A stretch of DNA of 64,000 bases from Syntrophales bacterium (GTDB lineage Bacteria > Desulfobacterota > Syntrophia > Syntrophales > UBA2210). The DNA lies in contig CAXXKT010000003.1 of NCBI GenBank assembly GCA_963662405.2, forward strand, positions 288,001 to 352,000, given 5' to 3'. The notes beneath the pieces were generated by a model that saw only the letters and a list, made by a program, of their open reading frames with translations, searched no databases and was not told where the DNA came from. The translations under genes and the position numbers were made by a program. This document shows, one piece after another, positions 43,234 to 54,200 of the stretch (positions are counted from its first letter, which is position 1; each line of letters opens with the position of its first letter).

Positions 43234-43785
43234 ATGAGCCAATACAAAATCACCGTTGTTACAGGAAGCCTTCGCCAGGAGTCATTCAACCGCAAGCGGG
43301 CAATTGCCATTGTAAAGCTTGCGCCGTCGGATTTCTCGTTCAAGTAGGTTCAAATCGGCGACTTGCCGCTCTACAACCAGGACGATGACGCGAACCCGGC
43401 CGAGTCGGTCAAACTGCTGAAGAACGAAATCAGGTCAGCTCAGGGCCTTCTGTTTATCACGCCGGAATACAACCGCTCAATCCTTGGCGTGCTCAAGAAC
43501 GCCATCGACAATGCCTCCCGTCCCTCCGGACAGAGTGCCTGGGCAGGCAAGCCCGCCGGTGTGCTGGGCGTTTCGCCCGGAGTTATGGGCACGTCCATGG
43601 CACAACAGCATTTGCGTAATGTTCTTGCGTCCCTGGATGTTCCGACGCTTGGTCAACCTGAGGCATTTATCCATGCGAAGGATGGATTGTTTGACAAGGT
43701 CGGCAACATTGGTACAGACAGCAAACAATTTCTAAAAAACTGGATGGACCGGTATATCGCATGAGTGAAAAAGCACGCTGCCTGA
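43234..43785 (+). pseudogene. NAD(P)H-dependent FMN reductase (ChrR/YieF-like) with two premature stops
   Basis: GSLRQESFN, LPLYNQD, TPEYNRS, LKNAID; TAG at 43345 and TGA at 43762. Confidence 0.88.
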
Positions 43786-43940
43786 TGCAAGCAAAATAAA
43801 ATAACAGGCCAAATCACGGTTACAGTTATAGGTAAGAGAATTATAGTGATTAAAGGATCTTAAAGGAGAATGGGTGCCGGCGAGAGACGGAGAAAGAAAA
43901 GATTATGAGCAAACTGCAAAATGACGAAGGGCTGTCATCC

Positions 43941-44219
43941 ATGAAACCGGCTAACCCACGCATCCTGACGATCAATGGTGGATCGTCGAGTATAAAAATT
44001 GCGCTGTTTGAGATCGGTGATCAGTTCCGGTGAATTCTGTCGGGCGGGATTGAGCGGATTGGTCTGCCTGAAGCCACCTTGCAGGTGAAAGGCTTGAACT
44101 TGCGGGATAACTTTTCGCGATTAGTAACAGCACCGGATCACACGCAGGCGGTGGGTACACTGATGGATTGGATCGAGGAACGCATCGGATGTGATGCTTT
44201 GGCCGCGGTGGGGCATCGC
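43941..44219 (+). pseudogene. ackA: Acetate kinase N-terminal fragment
   Basis: ILTINGGSSSIK, IERIG, AVGHR; TGA at 44031; truncated after GHR. Confidence 0.85.
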
Positions 44220-44249
44220 CTGGGACACAAGCATGAGTTTCACCCCGAC

Positions 44250-44894
44250 AGCCGGAGAATTTTCCAGCGGATGAACAGCTACGCGATCTACCGCATCACC
44301 GAGACGATCCGCGTGCTCCTATTCATGACGCTGGCGATCCTGGTCTTCAACTTTTATCCGTTGACGGCGGTGATGATCGTAATGCTGGCCCTGCTTAACG
44401 ACGGTGCCATCCTCTCGATTGCCTATGACAACGTTCATTACAAGGATCAGCCCGAGGCCTGGAACATGCACATGGTGCTGGGGGTCGCCACGGTACTAGG
44501 GGTCATCGGGGTTGTCTCCGCATTCGGCCTGTTCTATCTTGGCGAGCGTGTCTTCCATCTCGACCGCGCGCACATCCAGACGCTTATGTATTTGAAACTG
44601 TCGGTGGCGGGATATCTGACGATCTTCCTCACGCGCACGCGCGGCCCGTTCTGGTCCATACGTCCCGCGCTGATTCTATGGGTGGCCGTACTCGGCACGC
44701 AAATAGTGGCTACGTTGATCTCAGTTTATGGCTTGTTTATGACACCCCTCGGCTGGGGGTGGGCACTGTTCGTCTGGGGCTATGCTCTGGCTTGGTTTCT
44801 TGTGAATGACCGTGTGAAACTGCTCGCGTATCGGATTTTTGATCCCGACAAAGCCGAGACACCGGTCGGTTTGACTCCTCAGATCGCCAAGTAA
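44250..44894 (+). pseudogene. C-terminal membrane part of a plasma-membrane-type H+ P-type ATPase
   Basis: SRRIFQRMNSYAIYRI, LLNDGAILSIAYD, IFLTRT; no DKTGT or nucleotide-binding domain. Confidence 0.85.
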
Positions 44895-44988
44895 TATATG
44901 AGCGGTAGTGCCGCAGGATTTGACGACCCGGGACATGATCATAGCCTCTAACCAAAGTAGCAAAAATCAAGAACGGGGAGACACCTTA

Positions 44989-45777
44989 ATGAAGGACATG
45001 CCGAAAAGAAACTCACGACTGGTAGTCCTCTTGCGACATGGGGAAAGTGAATGGAACAGGGAGAATCTATTTACCGGATGGACTGATGTTGATTTGAGTA
45101 AACACGGCAAGGAAGAGGGGCTGGAGGCAAGCCGCGTCTTAAAAGAGTATGGGTTTTCGTTCGACGTCGCTTTCACATCCGTTTTGAAGCGCGCCATTCG
45201 GACTCTGTGGATCGTGCTTGACAAGATGAATCTTATGTGGATCCCTATCCATCGTGATTGGCGATTGAACGAACGGCATTATGGCGCCCTGCAAGGGCTT
45301 AACAAGTCCGAGACGGCCAGACAGTACGGCGAGGCACAAGTCAAGTCATGGCGTAGGAGCTATGACATCCGTCCGCCCGCCCTCGAAGAAAAAGATCCGC
45401 GACATCCCCGGCATGATGCACGTTACGGGAATCTCGGCAAATGGCAACTCCCGGCTACGGAATCCTTGAAAGACACTGTAGCACGAGTTCTCTCCTGCTG
45501 GCACGATTACATCGCTCCGGAGGTTTGTTCAGGGAAACGTGTACTGCTTGTAGCACACGGAAACAGCCTCCGTGCACTGGTTAAGTATCTCGACGACGTT
45601 TCTGACGCCGACGTCGCAAATCTGAACATCCCCACAGGAATTCCCCTTGTGTACGAACTGGACGAGGAGCTTCATTCCATCCACCATTATTACCTTAATG
45701 GTGCCGAACGCGTGCAAAAGGCGATGCAGGCCGTGGCAAATCAGGCGTCGCTGAAAGACCGGCAGGAGAAATCATGA
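44989..45777 (+). CDS. gpmA: 2,3-BPG-dependent phosphoglycerate mutase
   Basis: [20 protein letters not shown]. Confidence 0.96.
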   Translation: MKDMPKRNSRLVVLLRHGESEWNRENLFTGWTDVDLSKHGKEEGLEASRVLKEYGFSFDVAFTSVLKRAIRTLWIVLDKMNLMWIPIHRDWRLNERHYGALQGLNKSETARQYGEAQVKSWRRSYDIRPPALEEKDPRHPRHDARYGNLGKWQLPATESLKDTVARVLSCWHDYIAPEVCSGKRVLLVAHGNSLRALVKYLDDVSDADVANLNIPTGIPLVYELDEELHSIHHYYLNGAERVQKAMQAVANQASLKDRQEKS

Positions 45778-45985
45778 TGCTTGCTTCCAACAAAACGAAG
45801 TTTGTGTGTACGATCGGACCGGCATCCGAATACCCCGATATCCTGCAGCAAATGCTGCATGCCGGGATGAATGTCGCCCGTATCAACTTTTCCCATGGCA
45901 TAAAACGGCGATCCACACCGTGTCTTCTCGCGGTTGGCAAGCCGGTGGGGAACATCCTGTTTATCAACGACGGTGTTATTCAGCC
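45774..45985 (+). pseudogene. pyk: Pyruvate kinase N-terminal remnant
   Basis: [31 protein letters not shown]; similarity then lost. Confidence 0.82.
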
Positions 45986-46243
45986 CCTTCATCACCGGAC
46001 AGGAACGGCGAAAAACCCTTTTCTTCAAAAGGCATATGTGAGTAGATGCGGTATATGGTCGAGAGGATATTGTGTGCTATTATATGTAGGAATGTATGAA
46101 AAGAAACTTTTCGCCTATGTTGTGTATGTCAGGAAAAAGGAGACGAGGGGCAACTGCAATTAACGTCGCACTTCAAACGGAGTAATGATTATAATGCATA
46201 CGTCCCAAGCAAATAATTCATAACGAGTCAAAGGGGAACAGAA

Positions 46244-48139
46244 ATGCCGCCAAGTGAAAAGAAAGCACCTCTGAAAGATTTAAAGGATAAGGTCCATGCA
46301 CTATTTGCTCCTGTGGGCATAGAAAACAAGAAGGGCGCCTTGTCCTCCAAGACGCATTTCAGTATCTGGTATTTCCTGATTACCTTTCTATTAATTGTCT
46401 ATTTGCAGCAGTACTTTTTTTCTCCCAAGGTGGATACAATTCCTTACAGCCAGTTCAAGCAAAACCTTGTATCCGGCAACGTGGCAAAATTGGTTATCAG
46501 CTCGGAGAACATCAAAGGAACATTCGGAAGTGCCGGAGAAACGCCGGAACGGGCGTTCATAACGCTACGGGTAGATGATCCCAATCTGGTCAAGGAACTG
46601 GATGAACATAAGATCGATTACTCCGGACACTACGAAAGCAAATTGCTGGGCACCATTCTTTCCTGGATCCTCCCTCTCGGCATCATGCTTTTGATCTGGC
46701 GGTTTGCCATAAAAAAGATGGGCCCGGGGATGGGCGTGATGTCATTCAGCAAGAGTAAAGCAAGGCTTTTTGCCCAGAATGAGACGATGGTTACCTTTGC
46801 CGATGTGGCGGGCATCGATGACGCCGAAGAAGAGCTTCTGGAAGTAGTGGAATTTTTGAAAAATCCGGACAAGTTCCAGAAGTTGGGAGGGAGAATCCCC
46901 AAAGGGGTACTGCTGGTCGGCCCGCCGGGGACCGGCAAAACCCTGCTTGCCAAAGCGGTAGCTGGCGAGGCAAAAGTGCCGTTCTTCAGCATCAGTGGGT
47001 CCGAGTTCGTGGAGATGTTCGTCGGCGTGGGAGCATCGCGTGTGCGCGACCTTTTCTCTCAAGCCGCCAGTCAGGCTCCCTGCATTATCTTCATCGATGA
47101 ACTGGACGCGCTGGGGAAAGCCCGAGGAATCAACGTCCTGGGTGGAAATGACGAACGGGAGCAGACACTAAACCAGCTCTTGGTCGAGATGGATGGATTC
47201 GAATCGAATAAAGGTGTCATCATCATGTCAGCCACTAACCGTCCGGAAATACTTGATCCTGCCCTTTTGCGTCCGGGAAGGTTTGATCGGCAGGTCCTGC
47301 TGGACCGTCCGGATATAAATGGGAGGGAAGCAATCCTGAAGATCCACTCCCGAAAGGTCCTTTTGGACCCCGAGATAGATCTCCGCAAGATCGCCGGTCT
47401 CGTTCCAGGCTTTGCCGGCGCGGATCTGGCGAACCTCGTCAATGAGGCTGCCCTTCTGGCTGCCCGGAAAGACAAGGAAACGATCGGGGCGGCGGAGTTC
47501 GATGCGGCTATTGATCGGGTGGTGGGTGGGCTAGAGAAAAAGAACCGGGTGATGAATCCTCAGGAAAAGAAAATTGTGGCCTTTCACGAGTCCGGACATG
47601 CCATTGTGGCTGAATCCGTCAAGCATGCAGATCCGGTGCACAAGATATCCATTATACCCCGCGGGATTGCGGCGCTCGGATACACCCAACAACAGCCGAT
47701 GGAGGATCGCTACTTGTTGACGCGCCCCGAGCTGCTGGACCGACTGGCCGTTCTTTTAGGGGGAAGGGTGGCGGAAGAACTGGTATTCGGAGAAATATCA
47801 ACAGGGGCTCAAAATGACTTGCAGCGAGCAACCATCATTGCACGGTCTATGGTTGCGGAATATGGCATGAGCGATCGCCTTGGACTGGTGACCTATGAGT
47901 TCACTCGTCAGCCGATGTTTCTTCCGGAAAACTATACCCCCAATAAAACTTGCAGCGAAACAAAGGCGACCCAGATTGATGAAGAAATCTCTGCTGTGAT
48001 GGAACAAACTCATCAAAGGGTACGCAAAATTCTGTCTGACCGCCGGAAAGTGCTGGATAATCTCGCCCATCTTTTGTCAGAGAAAGAAATTGTGCAGGGA
48101 GACGAACTCCGGCAGATGTTAAACGATTCGACCGCCTGA
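46244..48139 (+). CDS. ftsH: ATP-dependent zinc metalloprotease FtsH (accessory copy)
   Basis: Two TM segments, [27 protein letters not shown]. Confidence 0.96.
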   Translation: MPPSEKKAPLKDLKDKVHALFAPVGIENKKGALSSKTHFSIWYFLITFLLIVYLQQYFFSPKVDTIPYSQFKQNLVSGNVAKLVISSENIKGTFGSAGETPERAFITLRVDDPNLVKELDEHKIDYSGHYESKLLGTILSWILPLGIMLLIWRFAIKKMGPGMGVMSFSKSKARLFAQNETMVTFADVAGIDDAEEELLEVVEFLKNPDKFQKLGGRIPKGVLLVGPPGTGKTLLAKAVAGEAKVPFFSISGSEFVEMFVGVGASRVRDLFSQAASQAPCIIFIDELDALGKARGINVLGGNDEREQTLNQLLVEMDGFESNKGVIIMSATNRPEILDPALLRPGRFDRQVLLDRPDINGREAILKIHSRKVLLDPEIDLRKIAGLVPGFAGADLANLVNEAALLAARKDKETIGAAEFDAAIDRVVGGLEKKNRVMNPQEKKIVAFHESGHAIVAESVKHADPVHKISIIPRGIAALGYTQQQPMEDRYLLTRPELLDRLAVLLGGRVAEELVFGEISTGAQNDLQRATIIARSMVAEYGMSDRLGLVTYEFTRQPMFLPENYTPNKTCSETKATQIDEEISAVMEQTHQRVRKILSDRRKVLDNLAHLLSEKEIVQGDELRQMLNDSTA

Positions 48140-48227
48140 GGTATCAATGCGGGAGCGTTTCCTTTGCGCTGCCGCTGTTGCAATGGGGTGATCTATAAGA
48201 TTCTTCACAACTCTTTAACAAAAAGGA

Positions 48228-51200
48228 TTGAAAGTGGATTTAATCAACAAGACTATTCCCTGGATTCTATCCCATTTGCGGGCGAGTCTCCGTGGCAACG
48301 ATTTGACACAAAAGTGTGCATCTTTCGAACCGCCCCTGAGAGCAGAGTTATTCAGCGCTGATCAAATGGAGCAGCATGGTAAGATCCTCGCAGGCTCACA
48401 CGAGGTAACCCCCAGGCACGCCCCGGATCGGCTTCTGCGACGGCTGGATGAAAATGAAGACCTGCTGATTGGAGTACACCATTTAACGACGGAAACGGCT
48501 AAGGCAAACCGTCGGATCACGCCTGCCGGGGAATGGCTGCTGGACAACTTCTATCTGATTGAGGAGCAGATTCGAACTGCCAGGAGGCATTTGCCGAAAG
48601 GGTACAGCCGGGAGCTTCCACACCTGATGAATGGTCCTTTGGCTTCTCTGCCGCGCGTATATGACATTGCGCTGGAGATGATCTCGCATGGCGACGGGCG
48701 AGTCGATCCGGAGATTCTCAGCAGATTTGTAGCCGCGTACCAGACCGTAACCCCTTTGAAATTAGGCGAGTTGTGGGCCATTCCCATCATGCTGCGTCTG
48801 GCGCTGATCGAGAATCTCCGGCGTGTTGCCGCCCGGATCGCTACCGATAGAATCGATCGCAACCTGGCCGATTACTGGGCGGACCAGATGACGGAAAGCG
48901 CCGTGAAGGACCCGAAGAGCCTGATTCTAGTGGTCGCAGATATGGCGCGGTCGGACCCACCGTTGGTGAGTTCTTTTATAGCGGAAATTACGCGGCGTCT
49001 GCAGGGACAAGGCCCTGCCCTGTCGTTGCCGCTGACCTGGCTTGAGCACCGGCTGTCTGAGTTCAACCAGACGATTCAGCAAATGGTCCTGGTGGAAAAC
49101 CAGCAACAAGCTGCAGATCAGGTATCCATGAGCAACAGTATCAGCAGCCTGCGATTTCTGGGTGCAATGGACTGGCGCGAATTCGTCGAGACGATGAGTG
49201 GGGTCGAACGGGTGCTGCGCGAAGACCCCCGCGGTGTTTACGGTACAATGGATTTTTCTACCCGCGACCGTTACCGCCATGTCGTCGAAAAGATTGCAAG
49301 ACACAGCCGGTTTTCAGAAAGCGAGGTGGCGCGAACGGCGATAAGACTGGCGCAGGAGGGCGCGAACGGGAAAGAGGGCAATGATCGCACGGCACATGTC
49401 GGTTTTTACCTGATCGACAAGGGATTGCCGCAACTCGCACGGACGTTGAAGGTACGCCTTTCCCCATCTGAGCGTCTTCGTAAATGGAGCAGCCGGTTCT
49501 CCCTATTCCTCTATCTTGGCGCCATAGCCCTGATAATGGCAATCTTTGCCGGGGGGGGCCTTGCGAAGGCACATGTCGGCGCCTTGCCGGGATGGGCCAT
49601 GGTTCTGATCGCGCTCCTCTTTGGTCTGGGCGCAAGCCAACTGGCCGTTTCCCTGGCAAACTTGCTGGCAACACTGCTTGCGACACCCCACCCACTGCCG
49701 CGCATGGATTTTTCCAAAGGGATACCGCCGGAATTCCGCACGCTGGCCGTGATTCCGACGATGCTCACCAGCACGCAGAATATAGAAAAGCTGATCGAGG
49801 CGCTTGAAGTGCGGTTCCTGGCCAATCGGGATGCGAACCTGCATTTCGGACTGTTAACCGATTTTCAAGACGCACGTCAGGAAAAGCTCCCTGAGGATGA
49901 GCCGCTGTTGCGGCTTGCACGGCAAAGAATCGAAGAATTGAATGCCCGGTACGTTAATTCCCAAGAAGACACCTTCTTTCTTTTTCATCGCCCGCGCCTG
50001 TGGAATCCTGAGGAGCGGATCTGGATGGGTTACGAGCGCAAGCGGGGAAAACTGGCGGCATTGAATGCACTCCTGCGCGGCGAGGACCGCGCGAGCGAGT
50101 GTTTTTCACTCGTTATAGGTGACATAAAAGTCTTGTCGAACGTAAAGTATGTGATCACACTGGACACGGACACGCAACTGCCGCGCGATGCGGCGCAGCA
50201 GTTTGTAGGTGCCATGGCACACCCGCTGAACCGTGCAAGGTACGATGAAAAAAAACAGCGTATTTGTGATGGCTATGGCATCCTTCAGCCGCGTGTGGCT
50301 GTAAGTCTGACCGGCATGAACCGGTCGCGATATGCGATAATGTACGGAGACGAACCCGGGATCGATCCCTATACCCGCGCTGTATCCGATGTCTACCAGG
50401 ACCTGTTTGGCGAAGGTTCGTTCATCGGCAAGGGCATCTACGACATCGAGGCCTTCGAGCGAACGCTCAAAGGACGTTTCCCCGAAAACCGGATCCTCAG
50501 CCACGATCTTCTGGAGGGGTGTTATGCGCGGGCGGGGTTGCTAAGCGATGTCATGCTCTACGAGGAATATCCGCCTCGCTACAATGCAGACGTGAACCGC
50601 CGGCATCGCTGGATTCGCGGTGATTGGCAGCTCCTGCAATGGGTGTTGTCGGGCGTTCCCGGACCAGACGCGCGTCTTCAAATAAATCCACTCTCATGGT
50701 TGTCCCAGTGGAAGATATTCGACAACCTTCGGCGCAGTCTCGTGCCAGCGGCGTTGACACTCCTGCTGTTGCTGGGCTGGACGGTTTTGTCCTCGGGCCA
50801 GGGGGACTGGGGGGCCTGTTTCTGGACCCTGTCGGTGCTCGGCATCATCCTGATTCCCTCTATGATTAGCTCTTTTTTGCAAGCACTGCGTAAGCCGGAC
50901 GATGTGCTTCTGAGTCAGCACCTCAATTCTGTTTTGCACTCCGCCGGCCGGAGTCTCGCTCAGGCGACCTTTACACTTGTCTGTCTTCCATACGAGGCGT
51001 TTTTCAGTCTCGATGCGATTGTGCGCACGGGCTGGCGGATGCTGGTTGCCCACAAGCGGCTTCTCGAATGGAACTCGTCGGATGAACGATTCGGCAGTGA
51101 CCGCGCAGACCTTGGCTCTTTTTGCTGGTCCATGTGGATCGCCCCGGTTCTTGCCGCTGCCGCGGTGATCGATCTGATGTTTTCGAGACCGATGTCCTTA

Positions 51201-54200
51201 GTGGTGGCCGGTCCCATACTGGGACTCTGGTTTGTCTCTCCTGTTGTCGCCTGGTGGATCAGCCGGCCGCTGGTTCCCCTCGAAGCACGGCTGACTGCCG
51301 ACCAGACCGCCTTTCTCCGGATGGTTGCCCGCAAAACCTGGTCTTTTTTTGAAACCTTCGTCGGCCCGGAAGATCATTGGCTGCCCCCTGATAATTTCCA
51401 GGAACATCCCAATGCTGTCATCGCGCATCGCACGTCGCCGACTAACATGGGCCTGGCCCTTCTCGCCAATTTGTCCGCCTACGACTTCGGTTACCTCTCG
51501 GCGGGACAACTCATCGAGCGCACGGCACAGGCATTCCATACAATGGAAGCATTGGAACGATACCGAGGCCACTTCTACAACTGGTATGATACGCAATCCC
51601 TGCAACCGCTGCAACCTGCCTACATCTCGACCGTGGACAGCGGAAACCTTGCCGGTCATCTGCTGACCCTGCGCCAGGGGCTGCTTGCGCTTCCCGACGA
51701 TCCCATCCTGGGACCGCGATGGCTTGAGGGAATCAACGATACGGTCCGTGTCCTCGTGGGCATCGACGGGAAAACTTTTTCGGACCAACTCGCAGACCTG
51801 CAAAAACTGCTGACGTCCGCAATTAATTCCCCGCCCGCCACGCTGGCGGCGGCGAGATTGTGTCTGGAACAATTGGCAACATCCGCCGCAGAAGCGGCTA
51901 CCGGCATCAATGCCCTTGATGCTGACCCCGAGAACCAGGCGCAGTGGTGGACGCGCGCCCTTGCCGGGCAATGCCAAACCGCCCTCGATGATCTGACGTT
52001 TCTCGCGCCAAGGGCATCCTTGTCGTTATCATCGGACAGGGAAAGTCGCTGCGAGATGTCGGGTATCGATAACATCCCGACGCTGCGTCAATTGGCCGAT
52101 CTTGACGGAGAGGCGAATGCAGAGATAAGCCGGCGTGCCAAGGTAAGAATCGGTGCTATCGAAGGACTGGCACGGCAAATCGACGAAATCGCCTATATGG
52201 AATACGACTTTCTGTTCGACAAGGCATGCAATCTCTTGTCTATTGGTTACAACGTCAGTGAACGCCGGCGGGATCTGAGTTACTACGATCTGCTGGCTTC
52301 GGAAGCAAGATTCTGCAATTTCATCGCGATTGCGCAGGGACAACTGCCTCAGGAGAGTTGGTTCGCCCTGGGACGACTTCTGACCACTGCTGGTGGAGAA
52401 CATATTCTCCTTTCGTGGAGCGGTTCGATGTTCGAATATCTCATGCCACTTCTCGTGATGCCGACGTACGAACACACCCTGCTCGACCAGACCTGCAAGG
52501 TGGCAGTGGCTCGGCAGCTCGAGTATGGGAAGAAACGCGGGGTTCCCTGGGGCAGTTCGGAATCCTGCTATAACGCCATCGACGTTGATCTCAACTATCA
52601 GTATCGCGCCTTTGGCGTACCCGACCTTGGTCTCAAACGCGGGCTTGTCGAGGATCTTGTTATTGCGCCCTATGCCTCGGCACTCGCGCTGATGGTGGCA
52701 CCCGAAGAGGCCTGCTTGAACCTTGAACGACTGGCAGTTGAAGGTCTTGCCGGAACGTACGGCTTTTATGAGGCAATCGACTACACGCCGACACGCCTGC
52801 CGCAAGGACAATCAAGCGTTGTGATCCGCTCCTTCATGACACATCATCAGGGCATGAGCTTCCTCTCTCTGGCTTATGTGTTACTGGACCGTCCAATGCA
52901 GAAGCGATTCGAGTCGGAACCCATGTTCCAGGCGACTCTGCTGTTGCTCCAAGAGCGTATCCCCAAGGCAACAGCCTTCTTCGCGCACACCGCCGAGTTT
53001 TCCGACAGTTATGCAGCGCCCATGAATACGGAGGCACCGGTGCGCCTGTTCGGCACCCCGAACACGGCTAAACCGGAAGTGCACTTGTTGTCAAACGGCA
53101 GATACCACGTGATGATCACGAACGCAGGCGGCGGGTACAGTCGCTGGAAAGACCTGGCCGTCACCCGCTGGCGCGAAGACGGCACCTGCGACAATTGGGG
53201 CACATTCTGTTACCTGCGCGACGAGACAAGCGGGGAATTCTGGTCGACGGCCTATCAGCCGGCGCTCAAACAAGCGGATATGTACGAAACGGTCTTTACG
53301 GAGGCAAAAGCAGAGTTCCGTTGCCGCCACCTCGATCTCGATACACGGACAGAAATCGCCGTCTCACCCGAGGACGATATTGAGTTGCGCCGCATCACCA
53401 TCACCAACCGTTCCGGGAAACGCAGAACCATTGATGTCACGAGTTATGCGGAAGTCGTCCTCGCTTCGCCGGCCGCGGATGCGCTGCATCCGGCGTTCAG
53501 CAAACTCTTTGTTCAGACCGAGATCCTCCACCGGCAACGGGCAATTCTCTGCACGCGCCGACCCCGATCTCGGGACGAGCATACGCCCTGGATGTTCCAT
53601 TTGATGGCTGTGCACGGCGCGAATATCGGAGATATCTCTTATGAGACCGACCGCTCACAATTCATCGGACGCGGCAATACGGTTGTCAATCCACAAGCGA
53701 TGGGTGACGCATCGCTGCTCTCCGGCAGTGACGGTTCCGTACTGGATCCCATCGTCTCTATCCGTTATTACGTCACACTTGATGCGGAAGAAACGGCAAC
53801 CGTCAATATTGTCTCCGGCATCGGAGAGACTCGCGATGCGGCCTTAAGCCTGGTCGGAAAATATCAGGACCGACGTCTCGCGGACCGAGTTTTTGACCTG
53901 GCGTGGACACACAGCGATATTTTTTTGCGACAGATCAATGCCACAGAGACCGACGCACAACTCTATGGAAGCCTTGCCGGCTCAATGATCTATGCAAATG
54001 CAGTTCTGCGCGCCGATGCGAGCGTCATCTTCAAGAATCACCGCGGGCAATCCGGTCTCTGGGGCTACGCCATTTCCGGCGATCTGCCGATACTGCTCCT
54101 GCGGGTTGAAGATGCCGTCAACATTGACTTGGTGCGTCAAATTATCCAAGCCCATACCTATTGGCGATTAAAGGGTCTGAAAACGGACCTGGTGATCTGG

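Noticed and set aside
43345..43347. Stop-codon readthrough or recoding explaining in-frame TAG/TGA in island genes
   Set aside because: All three stop types occur along with frameshifts and truncations; ordinary decay is simpler
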